From the NCBI GenBank assembly GCA_001642005.1, contig LWCA01000216.1, positions 1 to 39,437 on the forward strand: 39,437 nt of DNA. Direction: 5' to 3'. A program made the position numbers and the translations under genes. Source of the stretch: Intoshia linei (Eukaryota; Animalia; Orthonectida). Shown in pieces: positions 11,508-24,500 of the stretch. Every line of letters starts with the position of its first letter. The first letter of the stretch is position 1. The notes below the pieces were generated by a model, which did not search any database, was not told where the DNA came from, and was given only the letters and a program-made list of their open reading frames with translations.

Positions 11508-14500
11508 TCAAAAATGTTGAAAATGAGACTTTTTGAGTGTATAATTAATAAGCGAGCCGCAATTATTACATTTGTATTTGAAATTTGATGAATTATCTTT
11601 TTTATTTTTATGTCCTTCATTATTCTTTTTATGTACATCAGAACAAGTTGAATCTTCTTTAGTACCATTAAAACTAATTAAATTGTTATTAACAGTTTTA
11701 ATCTTTTTCTTGTAAAACTTTTGATCAAGAGAAAAAGATAAATCACAAGACAAAGCGTTTCTATATTTTTTTACGCCCTTCCTATCAATCTTTGGGAATT
11801 CAACATCAGACATGGCCATAAAACTGGAATTTATTACATGTGGTGGTTGATTAACCAGATTACTGAGAACTAGACTATTTGATGTTGATTTTAATAAGCG
11901 AGATTTTATTTTGTCAGATTTATTTTGAGATACCTTTAATTTGACGTCTAAGTTGTTGAGAACATTGCTAGCCATTAATTTGATTATACTTAAATCTTGA
12001 TTTAAAGTTTCTTCTGTAGTATATTGACTGGTTATGGTAAATCGAATTACATATAAACCTTTAAGTTGAGCTGGTATCTAGAATTGTATAAATTGGTATA
12101 TATTTCAATTTACGCAATATATGTGGCCTGTTTTGTTCAAATGTTTTAAAAGTTTTTCAGATAATTCGTTTTCTCCCTATATTATGATATTGGATAAAAC
12201 ATTAAAAATAAATAGAACCTTTAATCTAAAAACAACAAGGCCTAAATTTCTCTTGGCAGGTATATGAAATCTATCATCTTTTAATAAGTTTATTTCAAAA
12301 TATTCAGCTAATCGTACACCCTATTTTAATAGGTAATTATTACTTCTATCTCAGTTTTATAGATTTACCTTTCTAATATGCTTTTGTAAACCTTCAACGC
12401 CGAAAGACCTAATAACAAACCAAAGTTTCAAAGCTCTGAAGCGTCTACTTAATGGTATTTGCCAATGCTAAAAATATACAAAATTATAATTCATAATACA
12501 TGTAGATATTTTTTTATTCTAGATTTGGGTAATTTAATTTACCATGTAGTCGATTGCCAAGTCTAAATATAGTGATGTAAATAATTAAAATTCTTTTTTA
12601 CCTGCATTTTCATGTTTCAAATATAGAGGGTTTACTACAAATGTCGAGTGTAACCAACTTATATTCTTTATCCTAAATGTATTTACTAAATGTTAATTAT
12701 AAACATACATTTTAAACTGGAACTGAATTTGAAACTTTAATGGAAAAACATGAATCAAGATGTTAATTTTTTTTATTCTTATCATTTTTGTTGATGTGAT
12801 AATCATTCCCTGTTCATTTTTTAATTTTATATAAATAACTGACTGTACTTGAAGAATTTGTAGTATTTGTGCATTTAGATTATGTTAAAATATTTATACA
12901 ATTTTTTAAACCACAATTCAAAACCATAAGATATAATAAAAAGCAATCTAATTTTTAATTAAAATAATAAAAAAATCCGTTAGCAAGGAATTAAACTGTA
13001 TTTTTATTATATACCACATAGCAGTGCAATCAAAATGAACCATCAGCCATTTTGACGGGTTGAAAGCAAATGTCGATGCTAGACTGACTGATTTAATCAA
13101 GTGCTTATATTCTGGGCAAACCAGAGCTGAGCTAAAATAATTACATTTATATTTAGCGTTTATTTTATTGTCATTATGTTTTATTACAAGAGTTAATATA
13201 ATACAAGTACTGTAAAACCCATTATTGAAAATGTGAAATTTTGTTAAAGTATGACTTAAGTCTTAAAATCACTGAAATTTATCTTAATATAAAAAATTAT
13301 TAATCAAAGTTTATGTGACCCTTATTACATTGTATAGTAGAAATTTTTCCATAGTGGTTAGAATCATATAATTAATAATAATAAGTAATATATGAATATA
13401 TTTAAATAATAACAATAAATAATTGTAATTAATAGATAATTATTTACAACTCAAACAATTGGTTCGACTTTTAGCATCTTTTATGTTTTACATGAACTTG
13501 TTTGATATCATAAACTTTATATACGTGTACTTATTTTAATAAATAATATGTATACCCGGCATAAGCAGCATCTACATGCATCCATATGTCATATTTTGTA
13601 CCTAAGTACATTTTTATACATATTTCATATACAATGTTACATTATTATTTTTATTATATGTATTATTCTAATAATATAAATATATCTAGTTTAGTAAGTA
13701 AGAGAACGTTTCTCAAAGTAAGTATTAATACATCAGTATTACTTATTATTATTATTGAATCCGAAATATTCAAAATCAAAAAAAAATTACGACCCATGTT
13801 CGTTTAGTTGTATAAATATGTTATGTATTCGTCTTCATCCATGATGTCTAAAGTTCGACCTGCTATCATCAGCGTCACATTTGTGATGGTATGCTGTACA
13901 GTAAAAAATTAAAACAAATATTCGTTTTCTGAATTTTTTTGCTTATCACATTCAGGACCGAGCAGAGGGGTTAGGGTCATGTGATGCGCCATCTGACTAG
14001 GTGCAAGTGTTGGCTCTTCAATGCCTGATAATATTTAATGTTAATCTAGTAAAATTACCAAATTGTGCGACATTTCAACGAAAACGTTTGAATCACTGAT
14101 TAAATGAAGATTTTTATATTTCTTATCACCTATAAAAGTTTTATTTCAATGCTATTTAAATTATTTATGTGTAATATATTTTTCGGGCAGCTCACTTTGA
14201 GAAACGCCATTTTATTTAATACATATGGATCCTAAACTTTCTATACTATCAAAGGCACAAGCTCCCGTGGTTCCTAGAGTAGCACACAACTAAAATATGA
14301 ATCTTATATTATATTTTATAGGGGCACTGTGCCAGGTAAATAAATAGGTAAAAATATTGATTTACATTGTACACTATATATCAGAGGTCGACAACTTTTT
14401 GCATCTCGTGGGCCACTTTTTATATAAAAAAAATATATGGTCCCCGTTAATGAAAATTTACATATGATACATTTTAATTTTAAGTGAAGAGAACGGTTTC

Positions 14501-17500
14501 TAGTATATTTAACAAATTAAAATCTGGGAAGATCTGAAATTCAGTATTAAAATGATTCTAATGAGCCAATTAACTATAATTAAAGTAGAAAATGTTTAAA
14601 AAAGTTTTAAAGTTGAAAAATATTAAAATAAATAATTTACATATTTACTCAAAGGGCCACCATAATTATTGTGGCCACTGGTTGCCGACCTCTGCTATAT
14701 ATAATATTAATTATAAAATTTTACAAAAAAAGGTATTTTTCTATTTTTGATATCTTCAAGCACTGCGTTTAATAATAATGGACCAGTCATCTCTAGTGCA
14801 TCATTAGATTCGACGATATGTAATTCTATTAATGCAATCGTACAAGCTTTAACAACCGAAGAATGGGCCTATATGATTTAATATTTTCTGAATTATTATT
14901 ATTATTATTTAGAAACCTGATCAGAACAATAGGCCACAAGTTTAGCATTAATTTCATGACTTGAAGTTACAGGTTTATTTAAAATCTTTGCTTTTTCTTG
15001 AATACATTGTATCATTTTAGATCGAGCAGTTAATAATGAAACATAAGTGGCTTCACTAGCCGTAGTCTAAAATATTTATAATTATTCTTAAGTTATCAGT
15101 CACTCCAGAATCTGGATCTGGAATCCAGATCCAATCTACCCGTCAGTTGTACCCTTGACAATTACGAGAATTGAGAATCTCTCATTGATAGAGATAGTTT
15201 AGAGGCCCTTTAGATAGCGAGATGATTGGTTAAAGTGTCCGTTATACCCGATGTAATAAACTGTGATTAATAATTGTGGTGTACCCAGAGCCGTCTTAAG
15301 CCACTTCGTGGCTCTGGGCTAAGCAAAGGGCCGGAGGACTTTTAAAGTTTTGAACTCATATACTGAAGAAAAATTTCCTGGTATATTCTGCATAATTTAC
15401 ACTTAGAATTAGTTTTAAAAGTTAAATTAGTTACCATGATGTATAAATAAATTATGCATTTCAAATTATAAATGGTCCACGACCATTGGTCGTCTTAATT
15501 ATTTATCGCTTACTGATTTGGCAATAATTATACCTGTATACAACCTCCACCGTTTGATTTATCGTTAGAATTCAAAAATATTTCTGGAAGACCAATCATT
15601 TTAGCCAACCAATCCATAACTATAGCCTCTAGTTCTGTGCAAGCTGGACAACTGGCCTACATATAAAATTTTTAAATCTTTATAAAATAACAATAAGAAG
15701 CTTATTCTTGATTTTACCCATGTAAATCCAATAGCATTGATAGCATCAGCCAGCATATCGCCTAATAAGGAAGGGAATGAGTTTAACGATGGAAAATATG
15801 CATGCATGTGTGGATTTTGCCAGTGAGTTACCTAAAAATGTATCAATTTAAAATGAACAAAAATATAAAAAAATTAATAAAAGAACAACAACGCTAATTA
15901 GTAATTTCCGTTGCACCTTTTAAATTAATCAATAAACAAAAACTCATATACCCATTTAATTTTTTTACTAATGAGAATTCAATTTATTACTTTTTTTATC
16001 AAATTTTTAATAGGCACTAAATTAGATGGGGTTATTTAGAAATAATTACTATCATTGTGGAAATAGAGGTTTTCTATCAATTTCTAGGACTGTTTTTACT
16101 TTATTTTTAATATTATACACAAATTCTGTCTAATAAATTAAAAAAATGGGATAACAATGGTTTTTAAAATTCTTTACGCAAGTGTTAACAAAACAAAATT
16201 AAAATGGAATAATTCACTTTAAAGTAAAAAGTAATGTGATATGATAATTCCACCTGAAACAAGTTTGGGAACCACTCCTTTAAAGGATTGATAATAGGGA
16301 ATAGTAGGATTTTTAAGTTAGATTATCAACGTGAATTTATTTTTTTTGATAGAATAAAAATGTGCCCTCGACAGAGCTAGGTGCTGATGTACGTAGTACA
16401 AACAGTCACCCTAGTTTAATTATAAAATTTTTCATGACCCCAAAAAACTGCAGTGGACCCCACATGAACCCCATTAAGAAAAATGTAGTTTCGTACTTTG
16501 TAATGTATTATTAAAAAATTCATAATAACAAGAAATATGACCATTTTTGGTTTTTATTTAAAAAAATTAAATTCCGTTAACAAGTGTGTTATCACGTGGA
16601 AACTTCCATATTAACGGAATTTCCAAGTTTTCAATTCTGTTATTAAGGACTTGACTGTATTTGAATTATGAATTTAGTATTAATTAAATAATTAAAATAT
16701 GAGGGCGGTAAATATTAACTGATTTCATTTTTTTTGATAAATCCTTAAACAAAAATTAATTAAATTAAGTTAAAGATTAGTTAGTTAACAACGTAAAACA
16801 CGAAATATTCAAATTTGGTAAAAACGATTTGAACACGACTCAAAAGACGAAATATAAAAATTTTGCTGGAATTATAAAGTTTTAAAAATATCATCACGAA
16901 TCTGTATGCAATGTAATTCGAATTTATTTGACATAAGCTTTCGCTTGATATTGCAATATAGTCAAAATTTAAATATACAAATATCTACTATATTTTCATC
17001 TCAAAAAAACAGTTTTTATCAAAAATATTAAGATTTAAAGTTTGTAAATAAAAAATCAAAAAATTTCATAAGAACACATTCTAATTCTGCGATTAAAAAA
17101 TGTATTATTTGTTAATTACGAAAAAAATTAAAAACTGAACGTGACTTAGCAAAATAGTATTTGAATTGACTTGTTAATTACATTAAACTCGACATGTATT
17201 AATTTATAATCAACATTTATTTAATAGTTATATCAAAAATATATAACTGTGAGTGCAGGTGTACGTAAATTCGATAAATTGATTGATACCAGATATTATA
17301 ATTTAAAAAATCAATGTTTAACATACTGCATAAAAATGTGTTTTGTATAATAATGAAATTATTATAAATTTAACACACGTTCAACTAAAATACTGGCACA
17401 GTATACATGTATATGAATTCCCCGACAATATAAATAAAAAAAGTACCCCAGGCATAATGATTTTTTCAATATCATTGAAAATATTTTGCCATTGTTCACC

Positions 17501-17690
17501 TTGTTCGGGTGCTTGTTTTGGTACAAGATTCCTCATGTATCCGGGATTAACAGAGGGGTACACAGGTCTCAAATGTACGTTATTGAGATAATCAGCAATA
17601 TAATCTACCATATTCTTGGCTAAATAAGTAATTATTTGTATAATAAATATACATAAATATACCAGATGTTTCATATTCTTTAGAATCCAT
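11508..17690 (-). CDS. Hdc: Histidine decarboxylase (group II PLP decarboxylase), 15 exons
   Basis: Exons 17690-17663, 17619-17447, 15831-15718, 15656-15534, 15066-14917, 14868-14725, 14289-14223, 13601-13556, 13131-13015, 12672-12602, 12562-12543, 12467-12369, 12320-12219, 12176-12114, 12077-11508; all GT-AG and in frame. Carries HVDAAYAG plus the HDC-type motifs [33 protein letters not shown] lysine NPSKW (DDC has NPHKW, TDC NPNKW) and [11 protein letters not shown]. Confidence 0.92.
14382..14694. mobile_element. Buster/Charlie-type MITE, family C, in Hdc intron 6
   Basis: TIRs CAGAGGTCGACAAC / GTTGCCGACCTCTG; perfect 8-bp TSD ctatatat. Confidence 0.92.
16365..16414 (+). repeat. Helitron 3' terminus (family B) in Hdc intron 2
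   Basis: CCCTCGACAGAGCTAGGTGCTGATGTACGTAGTACAAACAGTCACCCTAG|T. Confidence 0.78.
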
Positions 17691-18102
17691 GAGAGTTTTA
17701 AATTTGTTGAATTGATCGGTTAATATATTTTAGAGAATAACTAGATACTTAATCGATTAAAAGATTCATTAAATTTTTTAAATCTTAAAAAGTACAAATA
17801 TGACAGGCTAATAAAAAGTTGTATAAATTAATAAACAAAGTTTAGCAATTAGACAAATTTTAAATCCGATGTGACCCTTAATATTTTTTAGAATATTTCA
17901 TTTTTATCGATCATAAATCATACCTGTGGTATCGATTTTTAAAATCCTTTTCTTCATACTTTATTTAAACGTTTATGAACGTTTAGTGGAAGTTGTTACG
18001 ATTAATTTAAACTAGACCATTGACTAGACGTTCAATGCACATTTTTTTTTAAATTTTAGGATCAATATTTACATTTTCACTTTTTATTTACTTAAGAGTT
18101 AA

Positions 18103-19007
18103 CTCTTACGTTTTAATGCATGGGCAATATAGGATGTAGCCCAGGGCGACTCATTTAAAAAAGCCCCAAATTAATAAAAGTACTTTACATTTATATCTTA
18201 AAAAAAGGCCTCAATTTATTAAAAAATACTTCACATTTATATCTTAAAAAACAGTTTAAAAGTTTTGAAGTGTGGGAATTCAAATAGTTTAAGAATCAAA
18301 GTTCTGCTAATTATTCAATTTATAATATATTCTACAATGTTCTTCATATATTATTGACATAAAACTGTTTCAAATTATAATATTAAACATTGAAACCTAT
18401 CTATTAAGACTTAATAATTAAGTGAATATTCAAAAAGATAAGTAGGAAATTTTTCATTTTCTTTTATTAATTTTCAACTGTTTATACAATCAAACTTACA
18501 TAATATTGATGATGAGATTTCTCAAAAAAAAAGTAAGAAAACAATATTTGTGAAGAATTGCCAAAAATTTTTTGTGAATGCATGGTACATATTTTCAAAT
18601 GAAAAAGTAAACTTTGTTCATTAATTAAGACGCTTTTGTAAAAGAAATAAAAGTTACTAGAAACCTACATAATATCTTTTAATGATTTTTTCAATACTCA
18701 ATGAAATAAGACTCTAAGTCTCCAACAAACAGTATGCCTTATCTTCTAAAAAGGGGCCCTAAAAATTTTTTGCTTGTCTCAATACTTTAAAAAGCCTCCG
18801 GTCCTTTGATTAGCACAGAGCCACGAAGTAACTTAAGACGGCTCCGGACGTCATCGTAATTACGTGTCATAAATTAAATATATTTTATTGCTAATTCTAA
18901 GCCAAATATTAAAGCCAAATTTAAGTTGTTCACTTTACAAATCAATGACACTTGAAATTTCTGAATTTTAAGCTTCAATTTTGAAAATCAGCATAGTCTC
19001 GTAAGGG
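18103..19007. mobile_element. piggyBac-like TTAA element, itself carrying a hAT-like insert (~18130-18846)
   Basis: TTAA|CTCTTACG ... CGTAAGGG|TTAA; it splits a family A copy at that family's TTAA. Confidence 0.68.
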
Positions 19008-19635
19008 TTAATCGAAATATTTGAAAAATATTGGTTGATAATATATTACAAATTATTTTTCACCGGAAATGCGTTTATTTCTGGAGTTTGAATTTTGTAT
19101 CTATATCAAGTGGAATAAGCTGGATCAGAATAAAACATTTTTTTATGGGACCCTTACTTATTTATAATTTTTGTTTCAATAAAATAGATTTGAAATATTA
19201 ACAAAATATATACACAAAATGAATACTTAAGTGCTTTTTTGACCGTGAAGCCGTCAGTTTATCAAATTTAAATTTTTTGTGTGTGTTATGTGGATATAAC
19301 AGTATTATCTGTAATTTATTTTAAATTCTAGGGCTGTTTTTATTTTTTAAAAAAGGGTAAGGTGAGGTTTAGCCGTGAAGATATAAGATGTTGAAAATGA
19401 CATTTATCATAATGTGGATAATTTTTAAATCTTTATCATATTGCATATTTTTATAATTCCAGGACTGATTTTTAAAAACAAGGATAATTGTGGTTTTAGT
19501 CCTTGAAGGATTCAATTTCTGAAAATGAAATTTTATACAACATCACTCTCGAAAAACGAAAAAGCCTCGAAACAGAAATAAGGAATTTTTAAAACTCGAC
19601 TCCTTTTACGTTCTTAAATAAACTGGAACACACAT
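19008..19635 (-). mobile_element. Helitron-like family A copy; its other part lies at about 18020-18090
   Basis: AATCGAAATATTTGAAAAATATTGGTTGATAATATATT and following sequence are shared with 5581 and 20701; the piece that precedes this in other copies is at 18020-18090. Confidence 0.72.
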
Positions 19636-20509
19636 ATTTTTAACTAAATTATTTTATATATAATTAAGGATTGACATTTTTGTTAGTTAATCAATGTAAT
19701 AATATTTATTATTTATTATTTATTTATATTTATAGTTTATTATAGTATTATGTCGAAAAGATCTTAATTTCCTAGATTTTAAAAAAAAATATGAATATAA
19801 TGGCGAAAAAAATCTAAGAATCGCCGACGAGAACGGTCTTATTTTAGCTACTGTTTCGTACATTATTAAGAATTCTGATATTATAGACTCTATGTTATAG
19901 ATTCTAGATAAATTCGTTAACCTTGACCACTCTAAAGTCCTGTAGGAATAGACCAGCAAAAAACAGACTAGTTGAATAAGATGTATTAAAATTATTCGAT
20001 AATTCCCGCGGAAATTACATACATGTATAATAATGTTTAATGAAGGAATCATGATTCGCAAACAAATTGAACATCAATCAGTTCTTCGATGTTATTTTTG
20101 GTTAAAATACATTAAAAAACTCATAAATTCAACAAAATTTAATAAAATATTACATTTGAAGGGTTAAATCAATTACTTTTTGTTTTCATAAATTAAATTT
20201 TTTTAAATATTAGAGATCTACTAATAAGCTCTTTGATTTTTAAATCGAACTTGTTGACATTTTAAAAAAACGGAATTGAACGCATAAATATTTGAAATAC
20301 AGAAATATTATTTTCAATCTTATAAATCGACTAGGTTGACTGTTATGTACTACGTACAAACATCACCAATTTAATAAATACTTAAAAATACCAATTATGT
20401 ATCAATAATTAACCGAATCTTCACTTTATAAATATATTTTATGTAAATTTTACCAATATTGCAAAGGATTGTAATAAATATCAAAATAATAATAACAAAG
20501 TTGTATTAC

Positions 20510-21358
20510 TTTTAGTAGTCGTTGTGGTAGTTTTTATTTAAATTATATTTAAAAATTTTTTGAAAATGAGAATTTCAAAATTGCGAAGGAATAAATTATA
20601 TAGATTTTCACCCATATTTCTTTATTGGAAATGTGTAGACGTTCAATCCACATTTTTTTAAAATTGTAGGATCAATATTTACAGTTTCAATTTTTATTTT
20701 AATCGAAATATTTAAAAAATATTGGTTGATAATATATTAAAAATTATTTTTCACCGGGAATGCGTAGATTTCTCGGATTGAATTTTTTTATTTATATTAA
20801 CTGGAATAAACAGTATCAGAATAATCTTGTTTCTTTTTATAATTTTCAGACCGTTAATTATTTCACATTTATTATTTTACATTTTATGTTATCAAATATT
20901 TCGGAAAAAATATATATGAATACTAAAATGCTTTTTTGACAGTGAAGTCGTCACTTATTCAGATTAAAATTTTTTGTGTTTCTTAACAGGATACAACTGT
21001 ACCACCTGTAAATTTTTTTAAATTCTATGGCTGTTTTCATAAAAAAAGGGTAATTTGTAGTTTTGACCCTGAAGATATAATTTTTTTAAATTTAAATTTA
21101 TGATAATGTTTGTGATTTTAAATCCGTATCAGCATATATAGTTTTTAAATTGTCCAACTGATTTGATTTTCAAAAAAAAGGATAATTGTGGTTTTTGACC
21201 CGTATGATGTGAGTTTGGGAGGTTTAAATTTATTTTACTAACACCCGGAAAAAACTGTAATTGAAATCTAACTTTATAAAATTCTAAGACTGGTAGTTAT
21301 TGAAATAAAGTAGAACACACACAAACAAATATTGCGTAGCATATTATATAAGTAAGAA
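20510..21358 (-). mobile_element. Helitron-like repeat family A, longest copy
   Basis: Long near-identity with 5374-5839, 19008-19635, 21819-22230 (inverted) and 1-79. The family 5' end TCCTRACTTATATAATATG followed by a GT-rich tract resembles Lep1-type non-autonomous Helitrons. Confidence 0.75.
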
Positions 21359-21538
21359 TTCCTAGAATTTTTTTTAATTTAATTTATATTTTTAAATTTT
21401 ATTAAAATTTATGTAAATAAACAAATTACATAGTAATTTTTCTAATAAATACATAATAATATTGTACTAACATTTAAATACATTAAAATATTTATTATTG
21501 GTTACATATTGTAACTTATCTACATACAAACAAAAAAT

Positions 21539-24500
21539 ATGAATTCACAGATAATTTTAATAGATGAATCAAAAAAACAAGTTTTACGTGTGGATAATGG
21601 TTTAAAAATATTACATAAAAGATTAAAAACAGAATGGAAAATTTTGGTGTAATTTTTTTTAAATTTTAAAAATTCTTACATAATCGATGCAGGCAAAATG
21701 AAGAATTAAATTATGAAACAATCAAACAAGCTAAAGTAGTGATTATTGCTGCTCCAAGAATTAAATATACCAAAAATGAGGTAACAATTTAACAATTGAT
21801 AGGCTCATTTACGTTTTATCCTAACTTATATAATATGTGACGCGATTTTTGTTTGTCTGTGTGTGTTTTCAGCTTTATTTAAATAACTACCCGTCTGAGA
21901 ATTTTATAAAGTTCATATTTCAATTACAGTTTTTTCCTGGAGTGTTCGCAAACATAATTTCAACCTCCCATCTTACGAGTCAAAAATCCCAATTGTTTCT
22001 CTTTGAAAAGCAAACGAGTTGGAGAATTTAAAAACAATAGATACTCTAAAACAGATTTTAAAATCATAAATTTAAATTTTAAATCAATATGTCAGGGCCA
22101 AAACCCAAATTACTCTTTTTTGTCATGAAAACAGCCCTAGAATTTAAAACAATTTACAGGTGATACAGTTGAATTCTGTTAACACACATAAAACATTTCA
22201 ATCTGAATAAGTGACGCTTTCACGGTTATATATATGAAGCTGAATATATATTATCACACTGAAAATAACAAAATAGGTTTGTATAATTTTATTTTTTCGG
22301 GAATTTATGCTATTTATGACAATTTTTAGGATTGAACTGTTTTTACTTTATTTTTATATAATATTATTATATAACTTGAGTTTTATGTACTTTGTACAGA
22401 CATAAGCTAGCTTTGCCGAGGATAGACTTTTTAATTTAATATAAACCGATTTTTTATTTAATATAATTATACACAATGAGTGTATAATCTTATAAAAAAT
22501 CCAATTATAGTTACAACCCTATAAAATCGTCATAAATAACATGAATTTCAGAAAAAATGAAATTTTAAATAGCTTTAATACTCAATCATTCCATTTTATA
22601 TATGTAGACGATATCCTGTCTGTTGTGTATTGCGTACAACCAGTAGCTATGGCTGCCGAGGGCATTTGCAGGAATTTTCACAACATGATTGAAGCATTGT
22701 TAAATCAAATCTATCAAATTTTTTAATTTACCAATCAAAAACAATATTATTTATGATTTATTTCAATTCTAGGATTGTTTTTTATTTTAATATTTTTTTA
22801 AAGAAAGGCTAATTTTAAAATTTTTCTGTGTTTATTTTTGATTTGCAAATTTCTTTCTTGGCTAGCAAAAATTAAGTATGAATTTGTATTTTATAAATAT
22901 TCTGGGACTGTTAGTTTTCTAAATAAATGATTGCATATTGTAATCCAGATATATACACATTTTTATTAACTTTTACTTTATATACATTTATATATACTAT
23001 ATATTATTATACACGTTATTATTAAAGATTCTAAACTTTGACATTCTATTTTATCTTACATCTCTGATGTATAGTTATAATCGATAGGATAATAAATTTA
23101 AATGTTTTATAGTTCGATACGTTGCAAAAATATCTGTCCAATGGTGGGAATTTGTTAATATTGGCTGAAGCCGGAAAAGATAATTCGAAAACCAATATTA
23201 ATTTTCTTATTGAACAATATGGAACCAGTATTAATAGCGGTAATAAATTAATATTTATTCATGTAAATTGTACAATATACAATGTATATTATACATATTA
23301 ATAATTGTATTTGAAAATATAGATTGTGTCGTTCGATCTCATTATTACAAATATTTTCATCCTAAAGAAGCCTACATTGGTAATGGAGTGGTCAATAGGT
23401 ATAATAAATACATGTTTATTATAACACTAGCTTGATTGATATGTACTTTATACAAACATCAGCTAGCTCTAACGAGAGTTGACTCAAATTCGAAAAGTGA
23501 AAAATAGATATAAACACGCCCTGGGAAAACTGTATTAGAAATTAGATTTTTTAAATTTTCCGACTTTTTATTTTTTTAAATATACGGTAACACACATACA
23601 CAGATATTCAATTTTATATAAATGATGGATGTGATTATATATTAAGTCATGGTTTTAATTTATCTACCAAAAATAATTTTCCAATTTTAATTCAGAAAGG
23701 CTGAAATGGGATTCGAATGGGGAAGAGCTGAACCAAACATGCTCCCGGTCCAATATGAAAATTATAACCTTAAACAATTTTTAGCTAACAATGTGTAATA
23801 ACATATAACTAAGACTCCGTGGATCTAACCTTAGAGTAGGGGTCGGCAACTGGTGGCCCATAGAACAATTTTGATAGCCCTTTCAGTAAATATGTAAATA
23901 ATTTAGTTTTAAAATTGTCAACTTTTAAAAACCGTTTTAAACGCTACTAAAATTGGCTCATTATAATCATTTTAATACTGAATTTTCAAATCGCCCTGTA
24001 TTTTATTTTGTTAATACATATAATATAACATAATAATATAATGTATACTAGAACCGTTTCTCTTTAATTAAAATTGAAATGTATCATGTGTAGATTTTCA
24101 AAAACGGTACCGGCTACAGTATAATTTTTTGATATAAAAGTGGTCCATGAGATGTAAAAAGTTGCCGACCCCTGCTTTAGACATTAAATTGGAGCCACAA
24201 AATAGTTATGATACTCAAAAACACATTCTTGTATGCTCATTTATGTGTGTGAAAAGATGATGCCATATCCAAAATTTCGTTAAGATCCCGAAGAGGTGTC
24301 GGCTACTATAGTTTCGCTCTTGATGGGGTAATAAAAAATTTGAAATGCGTTAAGCTAAATAGTTTAAGAATCACTGTACTGAGTACAGTATACTCATATA
24401 TTGGTAACGATAAATATTATAATTTTAAAAATTTTAGGGCTTTAAATGTTGCCGCAGAAAAAGGTGGATATGATTCTCTAACAGACGATTCAAAAATGGA

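Noticed and set aside
22541-22726. 61-aa ORF with a GC-rich, exon-like core
   Set aside because: The core is a minus-strand copy of the Helitron family B end (GCCCTCGGCAG...).
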